Below, piece by piece: positions 1 through 9,734 of a DNA stretch of 64,000 nt. How positions within the stretch are numbered: the stretch's first letter is position 1; each line of letters opens with the position of its first letter. Position numbers and translations under genes: made by a program. The notes below the pieces were generated by a model, which had not been told where the DNA came from, searched no databases, and saw only the letters and a program-made list of their open reading frames with translations. The DNA is from Candidatus Saccharimonadia bacterium. GTDB taxonomy: Bacteria; Patescibacteriota; Saccharimonadia; UBA4664. Location of the stretch: NCBI GenBank assembly GCA_041743505.1, contig JBGTMQ010000004.1:3602-67601 (forward strand). The letters run 5' to 3'.

Positions 1-159
1 ATTACCTTTAATTTCTATCTTAATTTTAATTTGATATTGGCAAATTTTTTGCCGTTTTAAAACTACTTATGCTTTATAATAATGGCCTCTCCAGCCTGTG
101 TCAACACTTTTTACAACACTTTCTTTACAACGCCTCATTTTTACAACACTTACCTCTCA

Positions 160-1215
160 TTATCGGCGCATTTGTTTCATTATCCGCTTCTTATAGCGGC
201 GCAACCAGAATCTGGCAATGAAGAATATGGCCACCAATCCGATGATTATCGACAGGAACAGGCGCCACGGAATCACCCAGAACGATACCTGAGCCTCAAT
301 CGGAACATCGCGTTTACCGTCATCATAAACTGCAAACAAGTGGGCGGTATAGCGGCCCATCCGGATATGCGGCTGAAACAGCTTGCCGCCACTACCGCTG
401 TCCCCCCAGACAAGCTTCGTCACCGGCTTATTATTTTTATCAAGCTTCACCTTGCCATCTTCCACCACCTTTTCATAGTGCGGAAAACCGTCCGTCCACT
501 CCACCGGGTAGATCCGTTTCGAACCGGGGAGAATATTACCCTGCTCATCGTTGAGGTTCAAAGCCGCGATCTGCTTCTTGCCCTTCATAATAAACACATT
601 ACCGTGAGGAACAAAGTGGACATTACCAGTATTCTTCAACTTAACGTCAAAGCTGGCCGGCAAAAACTCGTAGACACCGTGCTTGGAAACTAGCGAGTCA
701 ATACTAACTTGTTTCTTGGCCCCCGGCGACTTGGCATTTAAGAGAACCAGGACGGCCGAGCCTCCATTGATGGCATTCGTATTACCACTCTGCCGCACAT
801 CATCCCCTTCCCGGGAGAACACCACGGCGTAGTAATAGCCGAAGGCTGCCGACTTGGGGGTATTGATAGTCATACGCACGGTCTGCCACACATTGTTGGG
901 AGCCGCAAACGAGCTTTTGTCAAACTTTACCCAGTCGAAATGGATGTCCCCTGGGCCACGGTCGTACAACCGTGGCCGGCCGTCCTCGCCAAAGGCGCCG
1001 AACTTCATCAAGCTAACCTTGAGCCGGGCATCCTCACCACTGTTCTGCTTCACCCGGATATCAGTCGATACCGGAACTCCGGGAAGAGTCTCCAGGTTAG
1101 TCGGTAGTGGTGAGGTAACGAGGTTGAGTGGTTTTGAAGTTGCGCCGTATGCTGTGAGCGGGGCCAGGGTAAGAAGCCCTAACAAGATACCGATAGTAAG
1201 AGAGATGCGTTTCAT
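160..1215 (-). CDS. surface protein with N-terminal signal peptide and C-terminal TM anchor plus basic tail (DUF916/DUF3324-like topology)
   Basis: 351-aa ORF. N-terminus MKRISLTIGILLGLLTLAPLTAYG is a signal peptide. The C-terminus LFLSIIIGLVAIFFIARFWLRRYKKR is a TM helix with a positively charged tail. It is the last gene of the minus-strand surface locus. Confidence 0.6.
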   Translation of the reverse strand: MKRISLTIGILLGLLTLAPLTAYGATSKPLNLVTSPLPTNLETLPGVPVSTDIRVKQNSGEDARLKVSLMKFGAFGEDGRPRLYDRGPGDIHFDWVKFDKSSFAAPNNVWQTVRMTINTPKSAAFGYYYAVVFSREGDDVRQSGNTNAINGGSAVLVLLNAKSPGAKKQVSIDSLVSKHGVYEFLPASFDVKLKNTGNVHFVPHGNVFIMKGKKQIAALNLNDEQGNILPGSKRIYPVEWTDGFPHYEKVVEDGKVKLDKNNKPVTKLVWGDSGSGGKLFQPHIRMGRYTAHLFAVYDDGKRDVPIEAQVSFWVIPWRLFLSIIIGLVAIFFIARFWLRRYKKRIMKQMRR

Positions 1216-1282
1216 GAACCTGACCCAGAGTTAAACTGTAGGACTGAAGAAGGATACTGTAAGCTCAATCCCAATCCCAATC

Positions 1283-2347
1283 TTAGAAGTTACCTGCACC
1301 AACTACCGTGATGGTGTCGGAGTAGTCTGCGCCGGCAGGAGTCGATCCCGCAATGGCAGCTCGCTCAATCAAGGTGATAACATCGCCGTTGGCCGTAGCC
1401 GGCGCAGTCCCGGTGCAGGCGGCAATGGGCTGGAAAGTACCGCTCAATGTGCCCCCGGCATCGGTCGTCGCACCGTTGTACTCTGCGTCAACAGCCAAGG
1501 TGCAACCACCAGCGGCATCAGTTGTAAGATCAGTATCCAAGACGTAACCCTCAGTACCCGCTACCAGCGTATTCGGCGCCCCGTTGATTGTACCTGCAGT
1601 ATTTATCTTATAGTTGGCCGAGGCGGAGAATAGTCCTTGTTGAGTATCTTTGGCCCAGGCAATCCAGCCGCCCTTAGCGTTGGTCGTTACCGTCACCGTT
1701 CGGCCGGCAGTTGACTTAATGCTAGCCGGATCAAGGTTTGTTGAAAACGTATCCGTGTTACCAGACAGCGTGAAGACAAATGTCGGTGGCACCACCGCGC
1801 TAACCACGATTTGGTCATCCGTGATGTTAGCTAATGCGATATCAGTGTGGTCAATCGCAGCCGATGCAGCTGTCTGGGTCTCAATACTCGCTTGCTGGCT
1901 GCTTGCAGCCGACCCAGCGGTGGTCAAGGTGCTAGTAGCCGAAAAGTTAAAGCAGTAAAGAGTATTTACCGTCAAATCACCTGAGGTAAACGTCACCACA
2001 TTAGCCGGGCTAGTGGCACTAGTGGCCGTTGTAATGCCAACCCAACCCGTCGAGCCTGCTGGTATGTTTGTTGTATTAGTCGTCCAGTTAGCAGCCGTCG
2101 TGTTAACGGTATATGTCGAAGGAAATGCTACTACAACCTTCCCTTCCGTTGCTGTCGTCGTCGGTTTTGCACAAACCGTACCACCCGTGGCCGTATTGGC
2201 CTTCATCCTATCAAGCCTTAAATAGGCTTGCCCAAAAGCAACTGCCTCTGCAGGCCTAGGTACCAAGGGCGCACACACGCTCAGTACTAAGGCCACAGCT
2301 GCCACGATCCGACCAATAGACACACTACTTTCGCGTTTCATACGCAC
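1283..2347 (-). CDS. secreted Thr/Ala/Gly-rich beta-rich surface protein, paralog A
   Basis: 354 aa with a signal peptide (cleavage near AEA). It is clearly paralogous to 2526..3578. The pair shares AYLRLDR(M/H)KA after the signal peptide, a conserved LYCFNFS, four conserved Cys, and a C-terminus ending in DYSDTITVVGAGNF. Confidence 0.7.
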   Translation of the reverse strand: MRMKRESSVSIGRIVAAVALVLSVCAPLVPRPAEAVAFGQAYLRLDRMKANTATGGTVCAKPTTTATEGKVVVAFPSTYTVNTTAANWTTNTTNIPAGSTGWVGITTATSATSPANVVTFTSGDLTVNTLYCFNFSATSTLTTAGSAASSQQASIETQTAASAAIDHTDIALANITDDQIVVSAVVPPTFVFTLSGNTDTFSTNLDPASIKSTAGRTVTVTTNAKGGWIAWAKDTQQGLFSASANYKINTAGTINGAPNTLVAGTEGYVLDTDLTTDAAGGCTLAVDAEYNGATTDAGGTLSGTFQPIAACTGTAPATANGDVITLIERAAIAGSTPAGADYSDTITVVGAGNF

Positions 2348-2525
2348 TCCATTACACTACTTATCTTGTAGTGTATCTAAAGCATAAGCAACATGCAAGC
2401 GTTTTTATTTATCCGCTGCGCATGTTATGTGTAATGAAGTTGTTGGTCGGAGCGAAGCTCCTCTCGGAACTGCCAACTCGGGCAGTTACCAGAGGAGCCT
2501 CCCTCAAAGGGAGGCTCGTATTGGC

Positions 2526-3578
2526 TTAGAAGTTACCTGCCGCGACTACGGTGATGACATCAGTGTAGTCCGAACCGGCTGGGGTACCACCGGCAATGGC
2601 AGCCCGCTCGATCAGTGTGATCACGTCACCGTTGGAGGTAGCTGGCGGCGCACCGGTGCAAGCCGCGAAGGGTTGGAAGTTAGCACTCAAGGTACCACCG
2701 GCCGAGGTCGTCGCACCGTCATATTCAGCATCGATTGCGACCGTGCACCCACCCGCTGCATCAGTTGTCAGGTTGGCGTCAAGCACGTAGCCTTCAGTAC
2801 CAGCTGTTAGGGTTGATGGTGCTCCATTCACAGTCCCGGCCGTATTAATCTTATAGTTCGAGGTAGCCGAGAACAGGCCTTGCTGTGAGTCCTTCGCCCA
2901 ACCAATCCAACCACCCTTGGCGTTCGTAGTTACACTAACCGTACGACCAGCCGTCGAGAGTATGGCGGCAGGATCAAGATTGCTCGGGAACGTATCGGTG
3001 TTACCGGACAGTGTCAGAATAAAGGTCGGAGGCACAATCGCGCTCACCTGAATCTGATCATCAGCAATTATGGATGTAGCGTAGTTAGTTTCATCAATAA
3101 TCGCCGGGGTGTTATTCCGGGTCCTCATAGCACCGGTTAACGAGTTACCAGTCGAACTATTAGTCAGTGTGTTAGTACCGGAGAAGTTAAAGCAGTACAG
3201 CGTTCCCACTGTCAAATCGCCTGATGGAAACGTCACAGTCTTACCAGTCACGTTTGTAGCTGTCCCTATACCTATCCAAGCTGTAGAACCTGCTGGTAAA
3301 TCAGTGGTAGTAACAGTCCAGTTAGCCGCTGTACTGTTAACAGTAAAGTCTGTACCCGCTTGGGTCGGGAAGGTTATCGAAAAATCAACCTCAGTAGCTG
3401 TCGTGGTTGGCTCAGCACAAATGGTACCACCAGTAGTTGTAAGAGCCTTATGACGGTCCAAACGCAAATAAGCCTGGTCGAACTGCGGGGCCGCCATGGC
3501 CACACCAACCGGCGCCACTAACTGGGCCACCAGGGCAGCCGAGATCGCAACAACTAATTTAATGTTTCTTTTTGTCAT
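2526..3578 (-). CDS. secreted Thr/Ala/Gly-rich surface protein, paralog B
   Basis: 350 aa with a signal peptide. The C-terminal half is colinear with paralog A (VPPTF(I/V)(L/F)TLSGNTDTF...TNAKGGWI(G/A)WAKD...DY(T/S)D(V/T)ITVV(A/G)AGNF). An AT-rich promoter region lies upstream at 3579-3729. Confidence 0.7.
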   Translation of the reverse strand: MTKRNIKLVVAISAALVAQLVAPVGVAMAAPQFDQAYLRLDRHKALTTTGGTICAEPTTTATEVDFSITFPTQAGTDFTVNSTAANWTVTTTDLPAGSTAWIGIGTATNVTGKTVTFPSGDLTVGTLYCFNFSGTNTLTNSSTGNSLTGAMRTRNNTPAIIDETNYATSIIADDQIQVSAIVPPTFILTLSGNTDTFPSNLDPAAILSTAGRTVSVTTNAKGGWIGWAKDSQQGLFSATSNYKINTAGTVNGAPSTLTAGTEGYVLDANLTTDAAGGCTVAIDAEYDGATTSAGGTLSANFQPFAACTGAPPATSNGDVITLIERAAIAGGTPAGSDYTDVITVVAAGNF

Positions 3579-3729
3579 TTATTTTTATTCCCCTAGCCTT
3601 TATGGCTGATGAATGGTTTTGATTTTTGTTTGTATTATATTTTTTATAATACTTAAGGTTACCTTACTAAATGTCATCACCAGCTGTCAACACTTTTGCC
3701 CGAAAAATCAAGATCAGCCCTTATCAGTG

Positions 3730-4800
3730 CTAAAAACTGGCAGAGGCAATCGCCGTCAATATTTCAGTGTAGTCACCAGCCGCCGGCGTCAGCGGCTTAG
3801 TCTTAGCCTTGAGAATAAACGAACCCCGGGCCGCCGTCACCGGAAATGAGGTGCTGAAGATCTCCCGGATAACCGTATCGGCTACGCCCACGTTAGCCCC
3901 CGCACCGTTATACGGCGCCACCAGCGCAAACGGGCCGCCGGAACTCTGGGTTGCCGACACCCCCTGAGCGCCAAAGCCCTCAGCCAACGAACTCAAATCC
4001 GCCGTCGAAGACGCAATAGTATAGTTGCTTTCCAAGCTCCTCAAGCCGGCATTTTGCCCGCTCATATAAACTTTGCCGCCCGACTCACCATTGGTATCCA
4101 AGTCCACCCAAACCCGCTGCGGCGAATCGGTCACCGTGCTCACCGGCAAGTTACCAAAGCCTATTTGGTAAGGCGGGTTGGTATCCGAATCAGTCGCCGA
4201 CGCGTCAATATCGAAAGAAATTTGCGGATCCACGGTAGCGGCACTAGCCACCGGCCCATAAGGGCTCTCGGTGAACTCCCCGCGAAATGCCTTAACCTTC
4301 ACGGTATAAACGGTACTGCGCGTCAATCCCCGGACGTACACCCCGGATCCGCTGCCCCAGCTGGAATACGTCTGATAGTCCGTAAACGTCAGCGAAGCGC
4401 CAACGGTGAAATCGCTCTTCACATATTGCGGCGCCGTAGCGAAGTTATCAGTCGATATCGCCACCGCAAACTTAGCGTCAGTCGGGTTATTCTCCGGCCC
4501 AATCGTCAACAGCAGCTTGTTGTACCAGTTACCGCTGTTAATCAAGGTTACCGTCGGTACATGAGCCTGTTTCTCGTAATTCTCGCCGGCACCCACCTTG
4601 TAGTTCGTCGAAGCTGAGCTCCCCGCCACCTCACCACTTATACCGTTCACAGAGTAGCTCGTCGAATGAGTATTCGCCGTACCACCGGTCCCAAACCCAT
4701 AAGAATTAAGCTGATAGCTACTGCTAGACGGTAACGCCGCCAGCATCATCACTGGCATCATCATGCTCAAAACAGTCTTGTGCCAATTCATCGCCGCCAC
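3730..4800 (-). CDS. secreted protein sharing the C-terminal motif of paralogs A and B
   Basis: 356 aa with a hydrophobic signal-like N-terminus. The C-terminus GDYTEILTAIASASF resembles the DY(S/T)(D/E)xIT...F ends of the two paralogs. Its start overlaps the upstream gene by 13 nt, which suggests translational coupling. Confidence 0.6.
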   Translation of the reverse strand: MAAMNWHKTVLSMMMPVMMLAALPSSSSYQLNSYGFGTGGTANTHSTSYSVNGISGEVAGSSASTNYKVGAGENYEKQAHVPTVTLINSGNWYNKLLLTIGPENNPTDAKFAVAISTDNFATAPQYVKSDFTVGASLTFTDYQTYSSWGSGSGVYVRGLTRSTVYTVKVKAFRGEFTESPYGPVASAATVDPQISFDIDASATDSDTNPPYQIGFGNLPVSTVTDSPQRVWVDLDTNGESGGKVYMSGQNAGLRSLESNYTIASSTADLSSLAEGFGAQGVSATQSSGGPFALVAPYNGAGANVGVADTVIREIFSTSFPVTAARGSFILKAKTKPLTPAAGDYTEILTAIASASF

Positions 4801-5492
4801 CTCAAGCTCGTTTTAATCCCATTCATAATACCCGTCAGATCATCCTTGGGATTGCCGCTCGTCAACGACACAATCACTTCGCGCCCATCGTGTGCCCAAA
4901 ATAACGTTTGCTCACGCTTATCAAGTTTGCTAAATATTGCCACCGGCTCACCAGCGATCTTATCAGCCGCCAACCGGTATTCAGCCGTATTGGTCTGCCG
5001 GAAACGATAACTTGAATCATCCTCCAGCAAACCCGACGGCAGTGGCCGGACATTCACACTGATGCCCCGGCTATAGTCAGCCTTACTACCAATAGTGTAT
5101 TGCTCCAATGCCTGTGAATCAGTCTTGACCTGGCCAACCATGTCAAATACCGCCGGATACTGAAACTCTATTGTCAACCCACCAAACATATTTGGCGGCT
5201 GGGGTGTCGGCGAAACGCTTTTGCGGGCTAAAGAAAGGCTTTTATCAGGCTTGCTCTCCACCGGCCCATCAACATATTTCAAGTACCCAACCGATGCGAA
5301 GCCAATCACCGTCCCAATAGTAACGGTCATCACCGCCCAGCCAAGCCAATGAGCGCTGGCCGCCGGCGCATCAAGTGATGGCGGCGGCAAAACTGCCTGA
5401 TTCTGACTAGGCGCGCCATGAAATAGAGCTGAATATTGCGGCTCTCGTGCCCCCTGACCCTCTTGCTGATCCTGCTCGTGCGAGCCGCTCAC
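4788..5492 (-). CDS. single-pass membrane protein with Gln-rich cytoplasmic N-terminus
   Basis: 234 aa. TM segment WLGWAVMTVTIGTVIGFASVGYL, followed by about 150 aa that are probably extracellular. It overlaps the upstream gene in an ATGA arrangement at 5489-5492. Confidence 0.5.
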   Translation of the reverse strand: MSGSHEQDQQEGQGAREPQYSALFHGAPSQNQAVLPPPSLDAPAASAHWLGWAVMTVTIGTVIGFASVGYLKYVDGPVESKPDKSLSLARKSVSPTPQPPNMFGGLTIEFQYPAVFDMVGQVKTDSQALEQYTIGSKADYSRGISVNVRPLPSGLLEDDSSYRFRQTNTAEYRLAADKIAGEPVAIFSKLDKREQTLFWAHDGREVIVSLTSGNPKDDLTGIMNGIKTSLRWRR

Positions 5493-6472
5493 GCTACACC
5501 TTCCTCCATCCGCCGCTCCATCACATGCTTCTCGCGCAACTCACCCAGCCAGAATGAAACTACCGCCAAGATCAACCCACCCCACAGCGGCCAGGCAATC
5601 ATTAGTTCATTGCGCGGTTTTGTCTTGGCCGCGCTCGTCCCGGCCGTAGCCTCATTCACCAGCGTCGTCAGCTGTAAGTAAGCCGTATGCCCAACCGCAT
5701 CGGTGGCCCGTATTATCAATGGATACGACCCCAAATAACCGGTGCCCACCTTTTTATAGATATGCTTCACCGTAAATGGCCCGGGCGCCAATCGGGTAAT
5801 CAAATCACTCGTACCATCGCCCCAGTCGATACTCACAGCGTATGGCGCCTGACCACCCACAATCTCAATCGGCCAGATAACTTCTTGGCCCGGCTCCGTG
5901 CCGCGGTAATAATTGGTAGACTGGATAATCAGCTCCGTCGAAAAACCAAATCCGCCCGGCGGCAATGTTAGCGTCACGTTCACGGCCGGAGAGCTCGGAC
6001 CTTCCTGGTCGAGTGCATTATAGGCCAGCCCAGTCAGGCTATTAGCACCAACCACCAAATCAATCGGCAGGCTAAACCGCCCGTTTGCCGCACAAATAAC
6101 ACTGCCGGCCAACACTCCGTTTTTAAATATCTTCACCAACGACTTAGCCGGACATGTCCCGGATACCTGGATGGGATTGGTCTGAAACACCTGCCCGTTC
6201 ACCGGCGACGTAATAATAACCGGACTGTTAGGACGCGGCCCAGGTACCACCGCCTCCACGGTATATTTCCCAGTGCCTTCAGTAGCCGCATTGGTCGTCG
6301 CTGTAATGCCGGCCAACACCATCCCTGCCAACAACATCAGAAAAACGAGCAGTCCATAGGACGTCTCGTGGTGCGGCCTCAGCCGGCCAGTATGTCGATG
6401 GTGGCTATACCTCGGAATCACAACCATTACATAAAGCTTACCATAATTAGCGCAAGCTTTTTTACAATACAC
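5489..6472 (-). CDS. membrane protein with Ig-like extracellular region and C-terminal TM anchor
   Basis: 327-aa ORF. The real start may be the internal Met MVVIPRY. It has an N-terminal hydrophobic segment, beta-rich repeats, a C-terminal TM (IAWPLWGGLILAVVSFWLG) and a charged tail. It is the first gene of the minus-strand surface operon. Confidence 0.5.
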   Translation of the reverse strand: MYCKKACANYGKLYVMVVIPRYSHHRHTGRLRPHHETSYGLLVFLMLLAGMVLAGITATTNAATEGTGKYTVEAVVPGPRPNSPVIITSPVNGQVFQTNPIQVSGTCPAKSLVKIFKNGVLAGSVICAANGRFSLPIDLVVGANSLTGLAYNALDQEGPSSPAVNVTLTLPPGGFGFSTELIIQSTNYYRGTEPGQEVIWPIEIVGGQAPYAVSIDWGDGTSDLITRLAPGPFTVKHIYKKVGTGYLGSYPLIIRATDAVGHTAYLQLTTLVNEATAGTSAAKTKPRNELMIAWPLWGGLILAVVSFWLGELREKHVMERRMEEGVA

Positions 6473-6503
6473 AATATATTAATGGTATGATAAAGCGTAA
6501 GCA

Positions 6504-7679
6504 TTGTTATCATCGAGCAGCCCCGTGGCCGACGAACCAAACCCATCGCCAAAACCCGCCCCGAGCGAGCCAAACCAGCCTAATAATCCGCCTTCACCCA
6601 CCGGGCCCACTCCGCCCGGTCAGACGACTTCCGGCTCGCCCGCCGGACCTGGCCAAGATAACAAAGCCCCCGGCAAACCCGGCGACTCCGAAAGCATAGC
6701 GCCGGAAGCCCTAGCCGATGGCACCGTACCAACCGTTCTATCATCAAGTAGCCAAGTTACCCACACCGAATCCAAGAAAGGCGCCGTGGCGCTATCCTCG
6801 GTCTACCGGCGCGCCGATATTCTCTCCACTCTCCTCACCTTGGCCGGCGCCATCGTAGCCGCCGCCATTATTCTGGGAGGATACTGGTATTTCACCCAGT
6901 CAAAAACCGACACAGATACCGCCAAGCCCAAAGTCACGACGCTCGACAAAGCCGAGCTCGAAAAGCTCGGCGCCTTCTTTAGTGGCAACAGCGCCGGCGA
7001 TAGCGCCCAGATCCTCAATATTAGTTCCTCGACCTTTTTCAAAAACCGCGTCGCCATCAATAATGACCTCAAAGTCGTCGGTGGAGCTCAGATCAGTGGA
7101 CCCACAGCGCTAGGCGACCTGACCGTCGATAAGACCAGCACCCTAGGCATCACCAATATCCGCGGCCAGCTCACCGTAGCCGGCCCCGTCACCTTCCAGA
7201 GTCCCGCCATCCTCAGCGGCGGCGCCAGTGTCACCGGCAATGTCACCGCCTCCGGAAACGGCAGTTTTGGCGGATCACTCTCGGCCGCCGGCTTTAACGT
7301 CCGTGACTTATCGGTCACCGGCACCCTCAACATCGCCGGACACTTGGCCATCGCCGGCCAAGTTCCATCCGTAGCCCCAGCCAGCGAAGCCGGCGGTGGC
7401 GCCAACGCCAACGTCGACGGCAATGACGCTGCCGGCACCGTTACCATCAACACCGGCGCCGTTGCCGCCCAAGTCCCGGATACCGGCGGACTGCTAGTCC
7501 AGATCAATTTCCGCACCCCCTATGCCAAGGTGCCACGCGTCATTATTACCCCCTCCACTCTCAGTGCCGCCCCACTGCCCTACTACGTCATAAAGACCAA
7601 CCGCTATTTCATCATCGGCAGCTCCACCAGCGCCAAGTCCAACACCGGTTATTCATTTGATTACTGGGTCGTTCAGTAA
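6504..7679 (+). CDS. membrane-anchored protein with Pro-rich N-terminus and beta-solenoid-like Gly/Thr/Val repeats
   Basis: 391 aa. Pro-rich region, TM segment ILSTLLTLAGAIVAAAIILGGYWYF, then degenerate short repeats (GDLTVDKTSTLGITNIRGQLTVAGPVTFQ...SVTGTLNIAGHLAIAGQ). It is divergent from the surface operon and shares its intergenic promoter region. Confidence 0.55.
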   Translation: MLSSSSPVADEPNPSPKPAPSEPNQPNNPPSPTGPTPPGQTTSGSPAGPGQDNKAPGKPGDSESIAPEALADGTVPTVLSSSSQVTHTESKKGAVALSSVYRRADILSTLLTLAGAIVAAAIILGGYWYFTQSKTDTDTAKPKVTTLDKAELEKLGAFFSGNSAGDSAQILNISSSTFFKNRVAINNDLKVVGGAQISGPTALGDLTVDKTSTLGITNIRGQLTVAGPVTFQSPAILSGGASVTGNVTASGNGSFGGSLSAAGFNVRDLSVTGTLNIAGHLAIAGQVPSVAPASEAGGGANANVDGNDAAGTVTINTGAVAAQVPDTGGLLVQINFRTPYAKVPRVIITPSTLSAAPLPYYVIKTNRYFIIGSSTSAKSNTGYSFDYWVVQ

Positions 7680-7721
7680 AAAATAGGCCCGCTCGTAAGC
7701 GGGCCGGTGGTCAAACTAGGC

Positions 7722-8669
7722 TTAATACTGCGGCCGGCATTTTGCCACCGTCGGCAATACAAATTCACCATTGGTAGCAAAATCCAAGTTTGGCTGGGCA
7801 AAGGCAATCACCGACACCCGGTCCTCAGGGTTTCCGGTAACCACTTCGGCATACGACGAAACATACTCCTGCCCTGAATCCGGCCGAAAACCCGCATGGT
7901 ACAACGCCGGCAAACACCGCGCGTCGTCCGTCAGCACGCCATCGGGCAAACCATGCCAGCCGGCCCCCAGAAAAAACAGGGCTTCTTCGCTAGTGGTATC
8001 AAGCCGCCGCAGCTCCTGTCGCAAGGCCCGAATCGCCGCCTTTCGCTCATCCGATTGATCATCCGTTATCCGCGGCCCGTAGTACCGGCCGCCATAAAAC
8101 CAATTGCCGTGAGTCTCAAAAATATGCTCACTGCACAACCCAAGGTCAGCATGACCAGCCACCACCTCGCTCCAAGCCGGCGATTGCCGGGCACCCAAAT
8201 ACCGGACTGTCCGAATATGCACATTGCGTTTCCACAACTTGCGCGGAAAAATAATGGCAGCCACCGGCTCAGCCCCAATCTCGCACAACACACCGCGCAT
8301 GCTCATCTCAACCGCTTTGAGCATCTTAGTTAACGCCGGCCAGTAATCCCGCAGAATCTGTGGCTGGTCATTCAGCGGCATTTGAGCCGACACCCGGCTT
8401 TCCGTCTGATACCCACCATGCAGCCAAATTTTTTTGTCCAGCGAATTGCGGGCACCCGAAATACCAAATAACCCCGGCGCTATTCCGCCCTTAACCTGCT
8501 CCGGCGCGATATCAAACGACAGCGCCCGACGGACCCGCTCATCCGCCTGCGCCAGACCGATAACACCATTACTTATACGTGCATATTCCGCGCAGGCTTG
8601 CTCACTCAGGCCAAATGATACTCCGGTCCATCCATATTGGCGGATCCTCTCCACTGCTGAAGGTGCCAT
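7722..8669 (-). CDS. hypothetical cytoplasmic protein
   Basis: 315-aa ORF with no signal peptide, good coding density and no recognisable motif. Confidence 0.45.
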   Translation of the reverse strand: MAPSAVERIRQYGWTGVSFGLSEQACAEYARISNGVIGLAQADERVRRALSFDIAPEQVKGGIAPGLFGISGARNSLDKKIWLHGGYQTESRVSAQMPLNDQPQILRDYWPALTKMLKAVEMSMRGVLCEIGAEPVAAIIFPRKLWKRNVHIRTVRYLGARQSPAWSEVVAGHADLGLCSEHIFETHGNWFYGGRYYGPRITDDQSDERKAAIRALRQELRRLDTTSEEALFFLGAGWHGLPDGVLTDDARCLPALYHAGFRPDSGQEYVSSYAEVVTGNPEDRVSVIAFAQPNLDFATNGEFVLPTVAKCRPQY

Positions 8670-8722
8670 CTGTCTCCCTCTCTCGTAGCGGACAGCAGAT
8701 ATATGGGGAGTATAGCCGGTTT

Positions 8723-9022
8723 TTAGCCGATTTTGGTAATTTTGACCTGGCTGTAGTGCTGGCGGTGGCCGGTCAGGCGCTTAACGCGCTTCTTGGCCTT
8801 AAACTTCAGCACCTTAATCTTCTCACCCTTGATGTCAGATACAACCTCAGCCGTAACCTTCACCCCATCAACCAATGGCGCGCCAACCTTAACGGTATCG
8901 CCGTCAATAGTCATCAGAGCGTCAAACTCAATTTTCTTAACATCCCCGAGCAGTTCTAGCTCGAGTACATCATTCTTCCCTACGATATATTGCTTCCCGC
9001 CGGAAGCGATAACTGCTTGCAT
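8723..9022 (-). CDS. rplU: 50S ribosomal protein L21
   Basis: 99 aa, MQAVIASGGKQYIVGKNDVLELE...RQHYSQVKITKIG, a typical L21 sequence. Confidence 0.9.
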   Translation of the reverse strand: MQAVIASGGKQYIVGKNDVLELELLGDVKKIEFDALMTIDGDTVKVGAPLVDGVKVTAEVVSDIKGEKIKVLKFKAKKRVKRLTGHRQHYSQVKITKIG

Positions 9023-9133
9023 AAAGCTCCTTTTGTAGCCTGGGTCTAGCAGGCGTGCTTAAATTTAGCGTAACTGCGAAATAATAACATAATTTAGGTC
9101 CGGATGCAAAGCACCCGGACCAATAACCAGAAC

Positions 9134-9664
9134 CTAAACGACCCCAGCCGTGTGGCACTCGTTCACAAACCGGCGAAGATACGCCACCATAGTAGTCCCC
9201 ACACCCTCTTCACCCAACAAATAAGACTCAAAAACGCCATTATAGGCTAACTCCCGAAGCCGTGACAGGTTAACCGCACAACCATTAATGCCACTATATC
9301 CGCCGGTACTACCCTCCAGCACCAATCTGAACTGTTCTGCGGCAGTGCTATCCGGATTACGCCTGATTCGCGTTTCCATAGTGTTAAATAGCCTGCTCAA
9401 GCTCGCTTGAGGGATCGCCTTTTTACCCGCCGGTAACAGTTTTAGGAGCTTCACATACATTTTCGGCCGGATCAGTACGTCCCCATTCCGCCAATCCAAG
9501 AATGGCGCAAACCGTTCGTCCCACTCCGGCTTAGACGCCGGAGCTGGCTGCACAAGCTGGAGCGGGCCCTGTTCAACATGTATATGACCCTCCACTATCC
9601 GAATACTAATATCAATTTGAAGTTGTAGTTTATACAGCTGCTCGCCGCTTGCCTGCTCATTCAT
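9134..9664 (-). CDS. hypothetical protein
   Basis: 176-aa ORF. It is followed on the minus strand by the GGTCCGG...CCGGACC hairpin at 9096-9120. Confidence 0.45.
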   Translation of the reverse strand: MNEQASGEQLYKLQLQIDISIRIVEGHIHVEQGPLQLVQPAPASKPEWDERFAPFLDWRNGDVLIRPKMYVKLLKLLPAGKKAIPQASLSRLFNTMETRIRRNPDSTAAEQFRLVLEGSTGGYSGINGCAVNLSRLRELAYNGVFESYLLGEEGVGTTMVAYLRRFVNECHTAGVV

Positions 9665-9734
9665 GGACTACCCCAATCTAGAAAGAGACTGAACGGGCCG
9701 ACTATACCATCTTACCCCTCAAACTGCAACTTCA

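Noticed and set aside
82-693. 203-aa plus-strand ORF
   Set aside because: Antisense to the signal-peptide/TM-anchored surface protein gene 160..1215, which has coherent secretion and anchor features. No Shine-Dalgarno.
1283-3578. Assignment of the two secreted paralogs to the WxL domain family
   Set aside because: The locus architecture resembles Csc/WxL clusters. I cannot identify the two Trp-x-Leu motifs in the C-terminal regions, so I kept only the general surface-protein call.
8670-8722. Expected rpmA (L27) downstream of rplU
   Set aside because: Only 53 bp separate rplU from the next gene and no L27-like ORF is present. I note this as absent rather than calling a feature.
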